A DNA stretch of 64,000 nucleotides from an uncultured Gemmatimonadales bacterium (GTDB lineage Bacteria > Gemmatimonadota > Gemmatimonadetes > Gemmatimonadales > GWC2-71-9). This document shows, in pieces, positions 37,501 through 45,674 of the stretch. Within the stretch, counting starts at the first letter, position 1, and each line of letters starts with the position of its first letter. The stretch covers positions 64,001 through 128,000 of the forward strand of contig CAVSLV010000004.1 in assembly GCA_963728915.1 (NCBI GenBank). The letters are read 5' to 3'. Position numbers and translations under genes: made by a program. The notes beneath the pieces are model-generated. The model ran no database searches, was not told where the DNA came from, and worked only from the letters and a program-made list of their open reading frames with translations.

Positions 37501-40500
37501 GTCGCCGGAAACGCCGGTGGCCCAGAGCAGCGGTTGGGAGCCGCGGTTTCCGCGACGCTCTTCCTGCGGCACCCGCAGCGCCGGGTTGCCGTAGAACAGA
37601 TGGCCGGCGAGCTCCTGGAACATGGCGGCGTCGGCCGGCGTAAGACCCAGCTCGCGCAATTCCACGTGGCTCGAGGTCCAGGCGAGATCGAGGGCCCGCT
37701 GCGCCGCGTGGGAATCGTGATATCGATCGGCAAGCTCGAAGGCGCGCTCGCGACTGGTGGCGACGAGGGTCGTAAAAGCCACCGTGGCGGATTGCCGCGG
37801 AGCGAGCCGGATCCGGGTGCGCAGTGCGAAGATGGGATCGAGGACTGCCCCCGTGGTCCCCGACAGCGGGCCATCCGCTTGCAGCGCGGCAGGGTCGCGG
37901 GGGGAACGTCCCCGCCCCAGGAAACGAGCGCGATCGGTTTCACAGGTCACCGGGCCGAGGCGCTCCAGCCCGGTAGCCGCCACGTGCACGCACCAGAGGG
38001 ATTGCTCCCCGGCCGAGCGGGGCCGGCGGGTCGCGGTGATTGCGCTACACCACTCGTGCCATTCGGTCTCGACGAACAGGTTGCCGAACGCCGGGTGCTC
38101 GCGGTCGGCGTCCGGTGGGGCCAGCACGATCTCTCCATAGCTGGTGAGCTCGAGATCGCGGGTCTGGTCGCCGTTGTTGGTCACGGTGACGCGGCGCACT
38201 TCCGCAGAGTCCTCCGGGACCACGGCGATCTCGGTCCGAGTCTCGATGCCGCCGTCGCCCCGATGGAAGGTGACCCGGTCGGTCGCCAGGGAGGCGTGAT
38301 ACCAATCGGCTTTGGCGCACACCGGCTGGTGGGCGGCCGACCAGACCCGGCCCTCCGAGAGGTTCTTGACGTAGCAGAATTGCCCGGTGGCATCACGGCA
38401 CCCGTCGCTGCGCCACCGGGTCACCGCGAGCGATTCGTACCGGCTGTATCCTCCCCCGCAGTGACTGACCATGATCGTGTAGGGCAGCTGCCCCAGCAGC
38501 GCGATGTGGGGTTGGGGCGTGTCCGGTGATTCGAGCAGCCGCACCACCGGCTGATCCGCCTCAGCCACCGGTGGGGTCCGCTCGCTCCTGGTCTCGGGCG
38601 GTTCCCGGAGCAGGACCCGCCGCGGAATCCGTTCGTGCAGGAGCAGCGACGCAGCCCGCACCAGTGGATCGGCATGGAAGCGGCGCTGCCACTGGTTTCC
38701 GCTGAGCAGGTTGGCCAATGCGACGAGGCTCATGCCGATGTGGTGCGCCAGGTACACCCGGACCAGAGCGAACGGCTGACCAGGGAGCGGGCGGGTGTAA
38801 TCGAGGGCGTCCCGGAAGCCATAGGGGCCGAGGGCGCCCAGGCGTTCCAGACTGGTGAGGTTTCCGAACGCCCGCTGCGGCTCCACCAGAGCGGCGAGGG
38901 CCGAAGCGTACGGAGCGATGACCAGCTCGCGATCCAATCCTCGCTTGAGCGCGAGATCGGGTACCCCGAACGCGCGGTACTGATAGGTGTGGTGCCGGTC
39001 GCGCAGGTTGTAGGCACTCTCACTCATGCCCCATGGGACGCCGTGTTCGGCGCCGTACGCCACCTGACGCCGCACCGCACCCGCACAACTTTCCCCGAGC
39101 AGGGTCAGCGGGAAGGACCGCATCACCAGCAGCGGCATCAGGTACTCGAACATGCTCCCGCTCCAGGACACCAGCACCGGCCTGCCGCCGGTGTAGGTCA
39201 AGGTGCGACCGAGCAGGAACCAGTGTTCCAGGGGGACCTCGTTCTTGGCCACCGCGATGAAGCTGGCCAGGCGCGCCTCGGAGGCGAGCAGGTCGTAGTA
39301 CGACTCGTCCAGCGCGTGGGCGGTCTCCTGGAATCCGATCGAGAAGAGCTTCCGCTCCGGATCGAAGAGAAAGCCGAAATCCATCTCCATCGCGAAGGCG
39401 TAGGCGCGCTCGGCGATCGCCCCGAGTCGGGCCGCACTCGGTCGGGCATCGGGCTCGTCCATCATCTCGAGGCACGCCTGCCTGAGCGCGATCAGGTGGC
39501 CGGCGAGGTTGCCGCTGTCCACGGTGGACAGGTAGGCCGGTTCGAGGACGCTGAGGTCCCGCAGGTCATACCAGTTGTAGAAGTGTCCTCGGAAGCGGCG
39601 CATCCGCCCCAGCGACTGGAGGGCCAGCTCGAGCCGGCCGGTCATGTCTTCGAGGGTGATGAGTCCGAGATCCCGGGCGCTGGCGATAGCGAGCAGCTGG
39701 AGGCCGATGTTGGTCGGCGAAGTCCGCATCGCCACCACCGGCTCGGGGTCCTCCTGGAAATTGTCCGGCGCGAGCCAGTTGCTTTCCGCGGTCACGAACT
39801 TCTCGAAGTAGGCCCAATGCAGCTTCGCATAGCGGAGGGCCTGGTCCCGTTGGGTCGGCGTGGGGCCCCGCTCCGGGCGCGCGAGCGGCCCGCCGAGCCG
39901 GTTCGCCAGCACCGGCGAGACCATCCAGATCAGGGGGAGGGGAAGAACGGCGAGCCCGTTCCCACGGGCGGCGAGGAGCGCCAGCACTCCGATGGCTACG
40001 GCCGGGGCCATGGCCGACCAGAGTGCCCGGGTCGAGTTCGCGGTACTCCGCTCGGCCTGGGATGCGGTCCGCCACTGGAGCAATCGGCGCCGGCTCACCA
40101 GTAATCGCCACAGGGTTCGTACAATGGCGTCGGCGGAAATCCAGGCCTGGTGGGGGAGGAAGGCGAGAGCCAGCGCCACCTGCTGTACGCTGGTGCGAGT
40201 CTCCCGGCCCAGCGCCGCATAGTACGCGCGCCAGGACTTGTCGAACGGAGGTCGAACGACCGCGAGCAGGAGCGCCACGATCCACGGCGCGGCCACGGCC
40301 CCCACACCCAGCAGCGTCCACCGAAGCGGTGAGCCGGGGAGGATGGTCCAGCCCGCGACCAGGAACGCGAGCTGGGCCAGTTCCACGGTACTGCGACGGA
40401 GGTTGTCGACAATCTTCCAGCGCGACAGCAGTGACAGCCGGTTGACCTCGGGACCATCCGGTCCGGGAACCCGCGGGGTGAGCCAGGGCAGCAGCTGCCA

Positions 40501-42918
40501 GTCACCCCGGATCCAGCGGTGCTTGCGACGGGTGAACGACAGATAGTGGCTCGGGTAATCGTCATAGACGATCACGTCGGTGGCGAGACCGGCCCGCGCG
40601 TAGCTGCCTTCGATCAGGTCATGGGAGAGCAGGGTATTCTCGGGAAAGCGTCCGTGGGTTGCCCGCTCGAAGGCCGCGACATCGTAGACCCCCTTGCCGG
40701 TGAAGCTGCCCTCGCCGTAGAGATCCTGGTAGACATCCGAGACGGCCGTAGTGTAGGGGTCAACGCCCGGCTGGCCCGAATGGATCGCCGCGAATGCCGA
40801 GCGATTCGCGCTGGGCACCGAGACCCCGACCCGCGGCTGAAGGATTCCGTAGCCCCGCACGACCCGCCCCCTGATCGGGTCGTACACGGCGTGATTGAGC
40901 GGGTGCGCGAGCGCCCCGACCAGGAGCGGGGCGGCGTCCGGGGGAAGCAGGGTGTCCGCGTCGAGCGTGATCACGTAACGCACCTGCCGGATCGCCGCGA
41001 CCTCGCCGACGATGGTGGTGAAAGCGCCCCCCGGCCCCCCCAGGACGAACCGATTGAACTCGGCGAGCTTGCCCCGTTTGCGCTCCCAGCCCATCCAGAC
41101 GCCCTCGCTCGGATTCCAGCGCCTGGAGCGATGGAAGAGGTTGAACGCATCCTGGCTGCCGGCCGCATAACGCGCGTTGAGCGCGGTGACCCCCTCCACC
41201 GCCGCCGCCAGGATCGCCGCATCGCCCTCCCGATGCTCGGTGGGCGAGTCGGTGAAGTCGCTCAGCACCGCGAAGTGCAGGTGCGCTTCCCGGTTCGCCA
41301 GGAATTGAACCTCGAGATTGTCGAGGGCCTCGCGCACTGCGTCGACACTTTCGAATAGCGTCGGAATGACCACGGCGGTGCGGAATTCGGGCGGCACCCC
41401 GTGCTCGTGCAGGTCGAGCTTGGGGAGAGGGCGGGGGGGCAGGAACGCGGTCACCAGCTGGTTCACCATGTTGACCGCGATCTCGGTGGCCGGGATGAGG
41501 GCGAAGAGCAGCAGCACCGGCCACGCCGAGGGCGCAGGCAACCCGCCCAGCCAGAGCACCGCGATCAGGGCGACTGCCGTTGCAAGGACGATTCCTCCCA
41601 CGAACACCACGTTGGGGTGTCGCCGGACCCAGCGGTCAATCGCCTCTCCCAGGGGCGGGCGGTAGCCTGCCGCCTGCTCCAGCTCGATGCGCCCTGTGTC
41701 GATCAGGTAGAACCCGACATGTCCGCGGCGGGGGTCGGTCTGGTGCAGTTCCTCGCGCTGCCCTCTGCGGGCCAGCTCGAGCGCGAGCCGGGCCACCGCG
41801 TCTTCGGAGCGTCCGGTGCGCCGGGCGACCCGCTCGACCACGTGACGGTAGCGATCGCGGGTCGCGAATGTCATGCGGGCATAAAAGCCCGAAGGGTCCT
41901 CGCGGAGGACCGACTCCACCCGGCTCTGGTCCTCGACGAAGCTTCGCCAGTCCATCCGAGCGATCGCGCGGAGGCTGGTGATGCTGTTGGCCATGGCGAC
42001 CTGGGTCAGGGCGAGCCGCTGGGTCGCGCCGGCCGTAGCCGCCTCCGCGCTGAGGGCTTCCTCGGCGATCCAATGCTCGAGCCGCACTACAGCCGGAAGG
42101 GCCCCCCCCTCGATGCGCAGCTGGTGCAGGAAACGGGACACGAAGGTCGGCGTGAGCGACTGGGGCTGCGAGGCGAAGCGGTGGAGGGCGGCGTCGAGAG
42201 CCTCGGGATCGGACTCGGCGGCGCGAACGATTCGGGCTGCCGCCGCGTCCGCTTCTCTGAGTTCGTCCAGCCGTTGCACCGTGCGCAGCGCCATGCGTCG
42301 AACATTCTCGAGGAGACCCAACCGGAGCATCGCGGGAACCGCCCACAGCTCCCCGATCGTCAGGATCGCCACTTTCTGAAACGCCGCGACGAAGGCGCTG
42401 ACCGTTTCGAGGGTGATCCGCCCTTCGCTGTGCGAGATCAGGGTGATCAGGAGCTCGTAGACTCTTGGGTAGCCGGCCAGGGGACCGGCGGCCAGCTCGG
42501 GCAGCTCGCGGTAATAGCCGCGAGGAAGGCTCTCTCGCACCGCGCCGATGTGCTCCTGCACGACATGGTAATTGTCGAGCAGCCAATCCCCGGCGGGACC
42601 GATGTCCTCTCCCCGATCGGCAGCCGTGGTCAGCCGGGCGTGAGCGTCCTCAAGGATGTGGTGAGTTCCGGTGAGGCGGGTGAGCAGCGGGGCGTGGCGC
42701 CGCGCGCGGCGTGCCGGTGCGATGCGTTGCTCGCGGGCCTTGGCCTGGGCCCGGTCTCCCAGGTGTTCGGTGCCGAGCAGTTCCCCGCGGATCGGCCCCG
42801 CGAGCAGCTCCTCACCGGCGCGCGGTCGTTGGGGGATGAAACGGGAGAGGAAGCGCCGGAGACTGCGCAGGGGGTGGAGCGTGAGGACCTCGGGTGGGAG
42901 ACCGGGAGTGGATGGCAA
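34546..42918 (-). CDS. ndvB: Cyclic beta-1,2-glucan synthase (Cgs/NdvB/ChvB): GT84 + transglycosylase + GH94 phosphorylase
   Basis: 2790 aa; GWERKRGKL, TLDADT, SHDLIEG, RRKHRWIRGDWQ; SWSGSMFEYLMP; YQSSGAFGFRDQLQD, GDWNDGM, RENGAQYTHAA. Confidence 0.95.
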   Translation of the reverse strand: MPSTPGLPPEVLTLHPLRSLRRFLSRFIPQRPRAGEELLAGPIRGELLGTEHLGDRAQAKAREQRIAPARRARRHAPLLTRLTGTHHILEDAHARLTTAADRGEDIGPAGDWLLDNYHVVQEHIGAVRESLPRGYYRELPELAAGPLAGYPRVYELLITLISHSEGRITLETVSAFVAAFQKVAILTIGELWAVPAMLRLGLLENVRRMALRTVQRLDELREADAAAARIVRAAESDPEALDAALHRFASQPQSLTPTFVSRFLHQLRIEGGALPAVVRLEHWIAEEALSAEAATAGATQRLALTQVAMANSITSLRAIARMDWRSFVEDQSRVESVLREDPSGFYARMTFATRDRYRHVVERVARRTGRSEDAVARLALELARRGQREELHQTDPRRGHVGFYLIDTGRIELEQAAGYRPPLGEAIDRWVRRHPNVVFVGGIVLATAVALIAVLWLGGLPAPSAWPVLLLFALIPATEIAVNMVNQLVTAFLPPRPLPKLDLHEHGVPPEFRTAVVIPTLFESVDAVREALDNLEVQFLANREAHLHFAVLSDFTDSPTEHREGDAAILAAAVEGVTALNARYAAGSQDAFNLFHRSRRWNPSEGVWMGWERKRGKLAEFNRFVLGGPGGAFTTIVGEVAAIRQVRYVITLDADTLLPPDAAPLLVGALAHPLNHAVYDPIRGRVVRGYGILQPRVGVSVPSANRSAFAAIHSGQPGVDPYTTAVSDVYQDLYGEGSFTGKGVYDVAAFERATHGRFPENTLLSHDLIEGSYARAGLATDVIVYDDYPSHYLSFTRRKHRWIRGDWQLLPWLTPRVPGPDGPEVNRLSLLSRWKIVDNLRRSTVELAQLAFLVAGWTILPGSPLRWTLLGVGAVAAPWIVALLLAVVRPPFDKSWRAYYAALGRETRTSVQQVALALAFLPHQAWISADAIVRTLWRLLVSRRRLLQWRTASQAERSTANSTRALWSAMAPAVAIGVLALLAARGNGLAVLPLPLIWMVSPVLANRLGGPLARPERGPTPTQRDQALRYAKLHWAYFEKFVTAESNWLAPDNFQEDPEPVVAMRTSPTNIGLQLLAIASARDLGLITLEDMTGRLELALQSLGRMRRFRGHFYNWYDLRDLSVLEPAYLSTVDSGNLAGHLIALRQACLEMMDEPDARPSAARLGAIAERAYAFAMEMDFGFLFDPERKLFSIGFQETAHALDESYYDLLASEARLASFIAVAKNEVPLEHWFLLGRTLTYTGGRPVLVSWSGSMFEYLMPLLVMRSFPLTLLGESCAGAVRRQVAYGAEHGVPWGMSESAYNLRDRHHTYQYRAFGVPDLALKRGLDRELVIAPYASALAALVEPQRAFGNLTSLERLGALGPYGFRDALDYTRPLPGQPFALVRVYLAHHIGMSLVALANLLSGNQWQRRFHADPLVRAASLLLHERIPRRVLLREPPETRSERTPPVAEADQPVVRLLESPDTPQPHIALLGQLPYTIMVSHCGGGYSRYESLAVTRWRSDGCRDATGQFCYVKNLSEGRVWSAAHQPVCAKADWYHASLATDRVTFHRGDGGIETRTEIAVVPEDSAEVRRVTVTNNGDQTRDLELTSYGEIVLAPPDADREHPAFGNLFVETEWHEWCSAITATRRPRSAGEQSLWCVHVAATGLERLGPVTCETDRARFLGRGRSPRDPAALQADGPLSGTTGAVLDPIFALRTRIRLAPRQSATVAFTTLVATSRERAFELADRYHDSHAAQRALDLAWTSSHVELRELGLTPADAAMFQELAGHLFYGNPALRVPQEERRGNRGSQPLLWATGVSGDWPILLISIESAGGLPTLRQLLAAHRYWRRRGMTVDLVILNAQPPSYLQDLNDRIMAAVYSLSDPGSVDRPGGVFVRRRELLSAEELLMLRATARVYIPCDRGSLGRFLAASPAPEESPEANQHDMLPAEFRSPERSGVRMASVLRHVGTRLPALLAPFTAVLRPRSEPRADPGPAVPANGFGALTADGDYEIGVCGDRLPPAPWSNVIANRHGGFVVTERGGGFTWAGNSYFYRLTPWHNDPVNDPVSEIVYLQDAETGKLWCVTPGPLREAVPYAIRHGPGASTFAHERDRIATHLTLGMAEDAPVKLGVVRITNRDTRSRRLTLTTYLEWTLGVHREFTQHQVQTTFDREQGAIFAQNSFDPQFAEWMAFHAISEPVTGHTASRRSFLGRNGDVSTPAALGSGGALAGTTGVGIDPCAALQCQLELSPGETRELVMLVGAAKSEAAAREAVTEYRDLGRARAALQESVAGWARRLSVITVRTPEPSFDAMLNRWTLYQTMACRLWARSALYQSSGAFGFRDQLQDVMALVYAEPALAREHILRAAARQFVEGDVQHWWHPSSGRGLRTRCSDDLAWLPYVVAHYVRTVGDASLLDEAVPFLTMRALEPGESELYDLPQVSTESATLYEHCVRALRRACTAGAHGLPLIGSGDWNDGMNRVGAEGRGESVWLAWFLITALRDFAECGQARGDTAHAVEWRQQADRYAAAVEEHGWDGAWYRRAYFDDGTPLGAAENEECRIDSIAQSWSVLSGAGAPERQAQAMRSLEQHLVREETRLLLLLTPPFDQTRQDPGYIKGYLPGVRENGAQYTHAALWAVLATARLGRGDRAFELFQMLNPLTHACTPEEVATYKVEPYVLAADVYAVQHQQGRGGWTWYTGSASWMYRVGLEGILGLRKHGATLFIEPCAPTTWPGYTIEYRFGQSLYAIEVHQEDGATTGTVELTLDGRSLPAPGIPLVDDGKRHEVRVRAVRRPTSQAGPPG

Positions 42919-42957
42919 GGGGAAACCTAGTCGCGGCGGTGCCCCGTGGTCCTGAAG

Positions 42958-42992
42958 GACGAAGCGCCTGGGGGAGGCCCAGGCGCTTCGTC
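42958..42992. terminator. 15-bp perfect hairpin downstream of the 43015-43764 gene
   Basis: GACGAAGCGCCTGGG-GGAGG-CCCAGGCGCTTCGTC. Confidence 0.65.
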
Positions 42993-43014
42993 GGTTTCAG
43001 GCCCCTCGATGAGT

Positions 43015-43764
43015 TCAGGGACTGGTGACTTCTGATTTCCAGACGTAGTCGGTGTGGCTGGGGCAGATGGCGGTGAAGGCATTCCCCAGCGGATGGGCCG
43101 CGATCTCGCTGGAGATCATCTCCTCGGCGTTGAGCACGGCCATCACGTCCGCTCCGCCCCAGTTCAGGATGCGCCGGATCGTTCCACCCATGTTGTGGGT
43201 GTACCAGCCCCATACCATGATGTCGCCGGCCGCCAGGTGCTTGTTCATGATCTCCGCCAGCGCCGATTCCATGATCAGGTCGGCTTCGCCTTCCTTGGAC
43301 ATGTCGCAGGTGAGATACCTGGCATAGCTGAACGCGGGGTTGGGCGCCGATGGATTGGGCGCCGAACCGGCGCTCCGTTCCCAGATGTAATCGTCGTGCG
43401 ACCCGCAGACCGCGTCGAACTCGGCGCCGGCCTTCGGGTTGGTCTTGGTCAGATCGGCCTCGTAGGCGTCCTGGGCCGCGATCAACTTGGCCAGGGAGGG
43501 GGCGGTCCAGGTTTCCAGCCGGCGGAAGACTCCCCCGATCCGGTGGGAGGCGAAGCCATACGCCGTCAGGTTGCCCGCCTTGATTTGCCGGTCGAGCAGC
43601 GGAGCGATCACCTGTTTGTAGAGCGTGTCGGCGCGGGCCTGCCGGACATAGTCGCACCGGTAGTAGGTGGCCATGATGAACGGCGTAGGCGCCTGCTGCG
43701 CCATGACCGCGGATGCAACCAGGGAGGCAGCAACGGTTAACACGGTGAGACGGTTCGTTGTCAT
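43015..43764 (-). CDS. Secreted protein with two tandem ~100-aa repeats (dimeric alpha/beta-barrel-like)
   Basis: AGGAG RBS, signal peptide (VMA-Q), duplicated motif set YxxCD / HxxGGxxRR / CxSHxDYxW. Confidence 0.85.
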   Translation of the reverse strand: MTTNRLTVLTVAASLVASAVMAQQAPTPFIMATYYRCDYVRQARADTLYKQVIAPLLDRQIKAGNLTAYGFASHRIGGVFRRLETWTAPSLAKLIAAQDAYEADLTKTNPKAGAEFDAVCGSHDDYIWERSAGSAPNPSAPNPAFSYARYLTCDMSKEGEADLIMESALAEIMNKHLAAGDIMVWGWYTHNMGGTIRRILNWGGADVMAVLNAEEMISSEIAAHPLGNAFTAICPSHTDYVWKSEVTSP

Positions 43765-43812
43765 GAATGGTGCTCCTGTCAGGGGATCGGGTGAAAGGAT
43801 TTCTACAGCCGG

Positions 43813-43853
43813 AAAAAAGAAAGGACCCCGCTCTTGGCCTCAGCATCGGGGTC
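43813..43853 (-). terminator. Intrinsic terminator-like hairpin with U-tract
   Basis: Minus strand GACCCCG-N16-CGGGGTC followed by CTTTCTTTTTT. Confidence 0.6.
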
Positions 43854-44066
43854 GCCAGCTCACATGCTATTCTGTCGCGGAGGTCAATCGGATTCGCGAC
43901 TGTCGATTCCTAACGGGTTAGGGCGCCCATGTCAACGACTTCACTGCCCCGGTATTGGTTCCCCCCGGCGCAGGAAGTACCGAGTGACCGGGCCGAGTGA
44001 GCGCGACGGAGATCCCGCCCCGCAGACCGCTCCCGGTGGGAAGGCGAACCGCGTCGGGCTGGCACT

Positions 44067-44933
44067 TCACCCCGCGCGGAAATGCAGGGGGTCCCGAAGA
44101 CTCTGGAGCTCGCGGTAGTAGTAGAGCGCGGTCGGCGTCCGGCCCTTGAATCGCAGCTTCTTCAGGAACTCCAATTCGTGCGCGGTCACCGTGCCGCTGA
44201 GAGACCTGTCCTGAAGGAACTCCCGCAGCCCCCGCTCTTCGAGCCCCTCGTGGGAGAGCGAGCCCCGTTCGACGTACTCGAACCGTTTGAGATGCTCGGC
44301 GGCGACCCGCTGGTTCAGGGCGATGTCCAGCCCGAATGTCGCAAGGTCCACGTCCCACGAGGCGATCAGCGGATCCAGGAACGACACGCAGTGCTCGACC
44401 GAGACGTGAAAGACGTCGGTGTCGAGGAACTCGAGGACGATGACCCGCATCTCTTCGTAGCTGCGGCCACTCATGCCGGCCACCTTGTGCAGCCAGGCGT
44501 CGTTCTCCAGTTCCTCCTGAGCCACCCGCTTGACCACCTCGAGCAACTTCTCGGTCACCAGGCGCTCGAGCTCCCCGAAAGGTTGCCGCTCGAAGATCGC
44601 CCTGATCTGGCCGGCGCTCTTGGGAGCACACTTCCTCAGGATCAACTCCCGGACCTCCCGGAACAGCGGGGCAGGCTCGTCCCCCAGCACTCGCTTCAAT
44701 TCCAGCTTCCGCTGCGCGTCCGCGACCCGGGCGAGCTCGCCGGCCGGCAGTTTCAGAAACCGGTCCATCTTGTCGTATATGTCCGTCCGGTTCGGCGCGG
44801 GGGGTGATTTCTTCCTGGTCAGGAGTTGTGAGACATAGGACTCGGTGACCCGGGCGGCCCGGGCAAGCCCCTTCTGCTCCAGGCCCAACTCTTCCAGGCG
44901 CTGCCGGATTGCGAACGAAACGTCCACTTGCAT
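44067..44933 (-). CDS. XRE-family HTH regulator with an unrecognised C-terminal domain
   Basis: IRQRLEELGLEQKGLARAARVTESYVSQLLT N-terminal HTH; GAGGGG RBS. Confidence 0.85.
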   Translation of the reverse strand: MQVDVSFAIRQRLEELGLEQKGLARAARVTESYVSQLLTRKKSPPAPNRTDIYDKMDRFLKLPAGELARVADAQRKLELKRVLGDEPAPLFREVRELILRKCAPKSAGQIRAIFERQPFGELERLVTEKLLEVVKRVAQEELENDAWLHKVAGMSGRSYEEMRVIVLEFLDTDVFHVSVEHCVSFLDPLIASWDVDLATFGLDIALNQRVAAEHLKRFEYVERGSLSHEGLEERGLREFLQDRSLSGTVTAHELEFLKKLRFKGRTPTALYYYRELQSLRDPLHFRAG

Positions 44934-44950
44934 CCCCTCGGATTTCTGTC

Positions 44951-45029
44951 GGTTTACTGTTTTCAGTAAACCAAGATAGTATGGAAGATTCTACTTTGAC
45001 AAGAATGGTAAAGTCAACTATCATGATAG
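44951..45029. promoter_or_regulatory. Overlapping divergent sigma70 promoters with palindromic operator candidates
   Basis: Plus strand TTGACA (44996)-17-TATCAT; minus strand TTGACT (45017)-18-TAGAAT; palindromes GGTTTACTG-N4-CAGTAAACC and CTATCATGATAG. Confidence 0.75.
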
Positions 45030-45058
45030 GGTTCCGACTCTTTGAAAGGGGCGGGTGT

Positions 45059-45298
45059 ATGAGCACTCACTGCCATCGGTGCGGCGGCCTCATGGGCTAT
45101 CGCAAGCGCATTTCCTATCGGTTGCCTTCCGACACAACGGTCAGGGTAGGGGCTCACAATGGCGTCTGCTCCTGTAGTGTGGCGATCCTGGATGGTCCGC
45201 CTCCCGGCTTTGCCTCCTTGCCGGCGATGCCGAGGGCCGGGCCGGTTCCCGGTTCAGGGCTCTCCCGAGGTCAGTTCCGGAAAAACATCAAGAAGTGA
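45059..45298 (+). CDS. Small Cys-containing hypothetical protein (79 aa)
   Basis: CHRC...CSC; downstream of a near-consensus promoter and a purine-rich RBS. Confidence 0.5.
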   Translation: MSTHCHRCGGLMGYRKRISYRLPSDTTVRVGAHNGVCSCSVAILDGPPPGFASLPAMPRAGPVPGSGLSRGQFRKNIKK

Positions 45299-45376
45299 CC
45301 GGCCTGAGCCTGAGTCGGGCGGGTAGCGGCCTCCCCCCTACCGTGGAGCCCTCCCGGGCCTTACTCATTCATCCGG

Positions 45377-45646
45377 ATGACCTCCGCTCCCATCGAGCTT
45401 CCCGACCATCCCGGATCGCGCCACCTCGGCGATTTGAACCGGGGTGAGGTCACTTGGCGCGTGTTCCTGGAAACCCGCGGGGGTGACCAGCCCGCTCGGG
45501 GCCGGATCCACTTCGTGTCCAATCAGGGCGGAGTCACCCGGTCCACCGGCTGGATTTTCGTGGAGCCCAACGATCAAGAGCTGATCCGCCGCTTCCACGA
45601 GTTCAGTGCAGTCGAGCTGTGGAAGCTGCTGGAAAGCCTGGGCTAG
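45377..45646 (+). CDS. Hypothetical protein (89 aa)
   Basis: Coding-like composition; WRVFLE, GRIHF, STGWIFVE. Confidence 0.7.
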   Translation: MTSAPIELPDHPGSRHLGDLNRGEVTWRVFLETRGGDQPARGRIHFVSNQGGVTRSTGWIFVEPNDQELIRRFHEFSAVELWKLLESLG

Positions 45647-45674
45647 CCCTCCCACGATTCTTTCCGTTTCCCCG

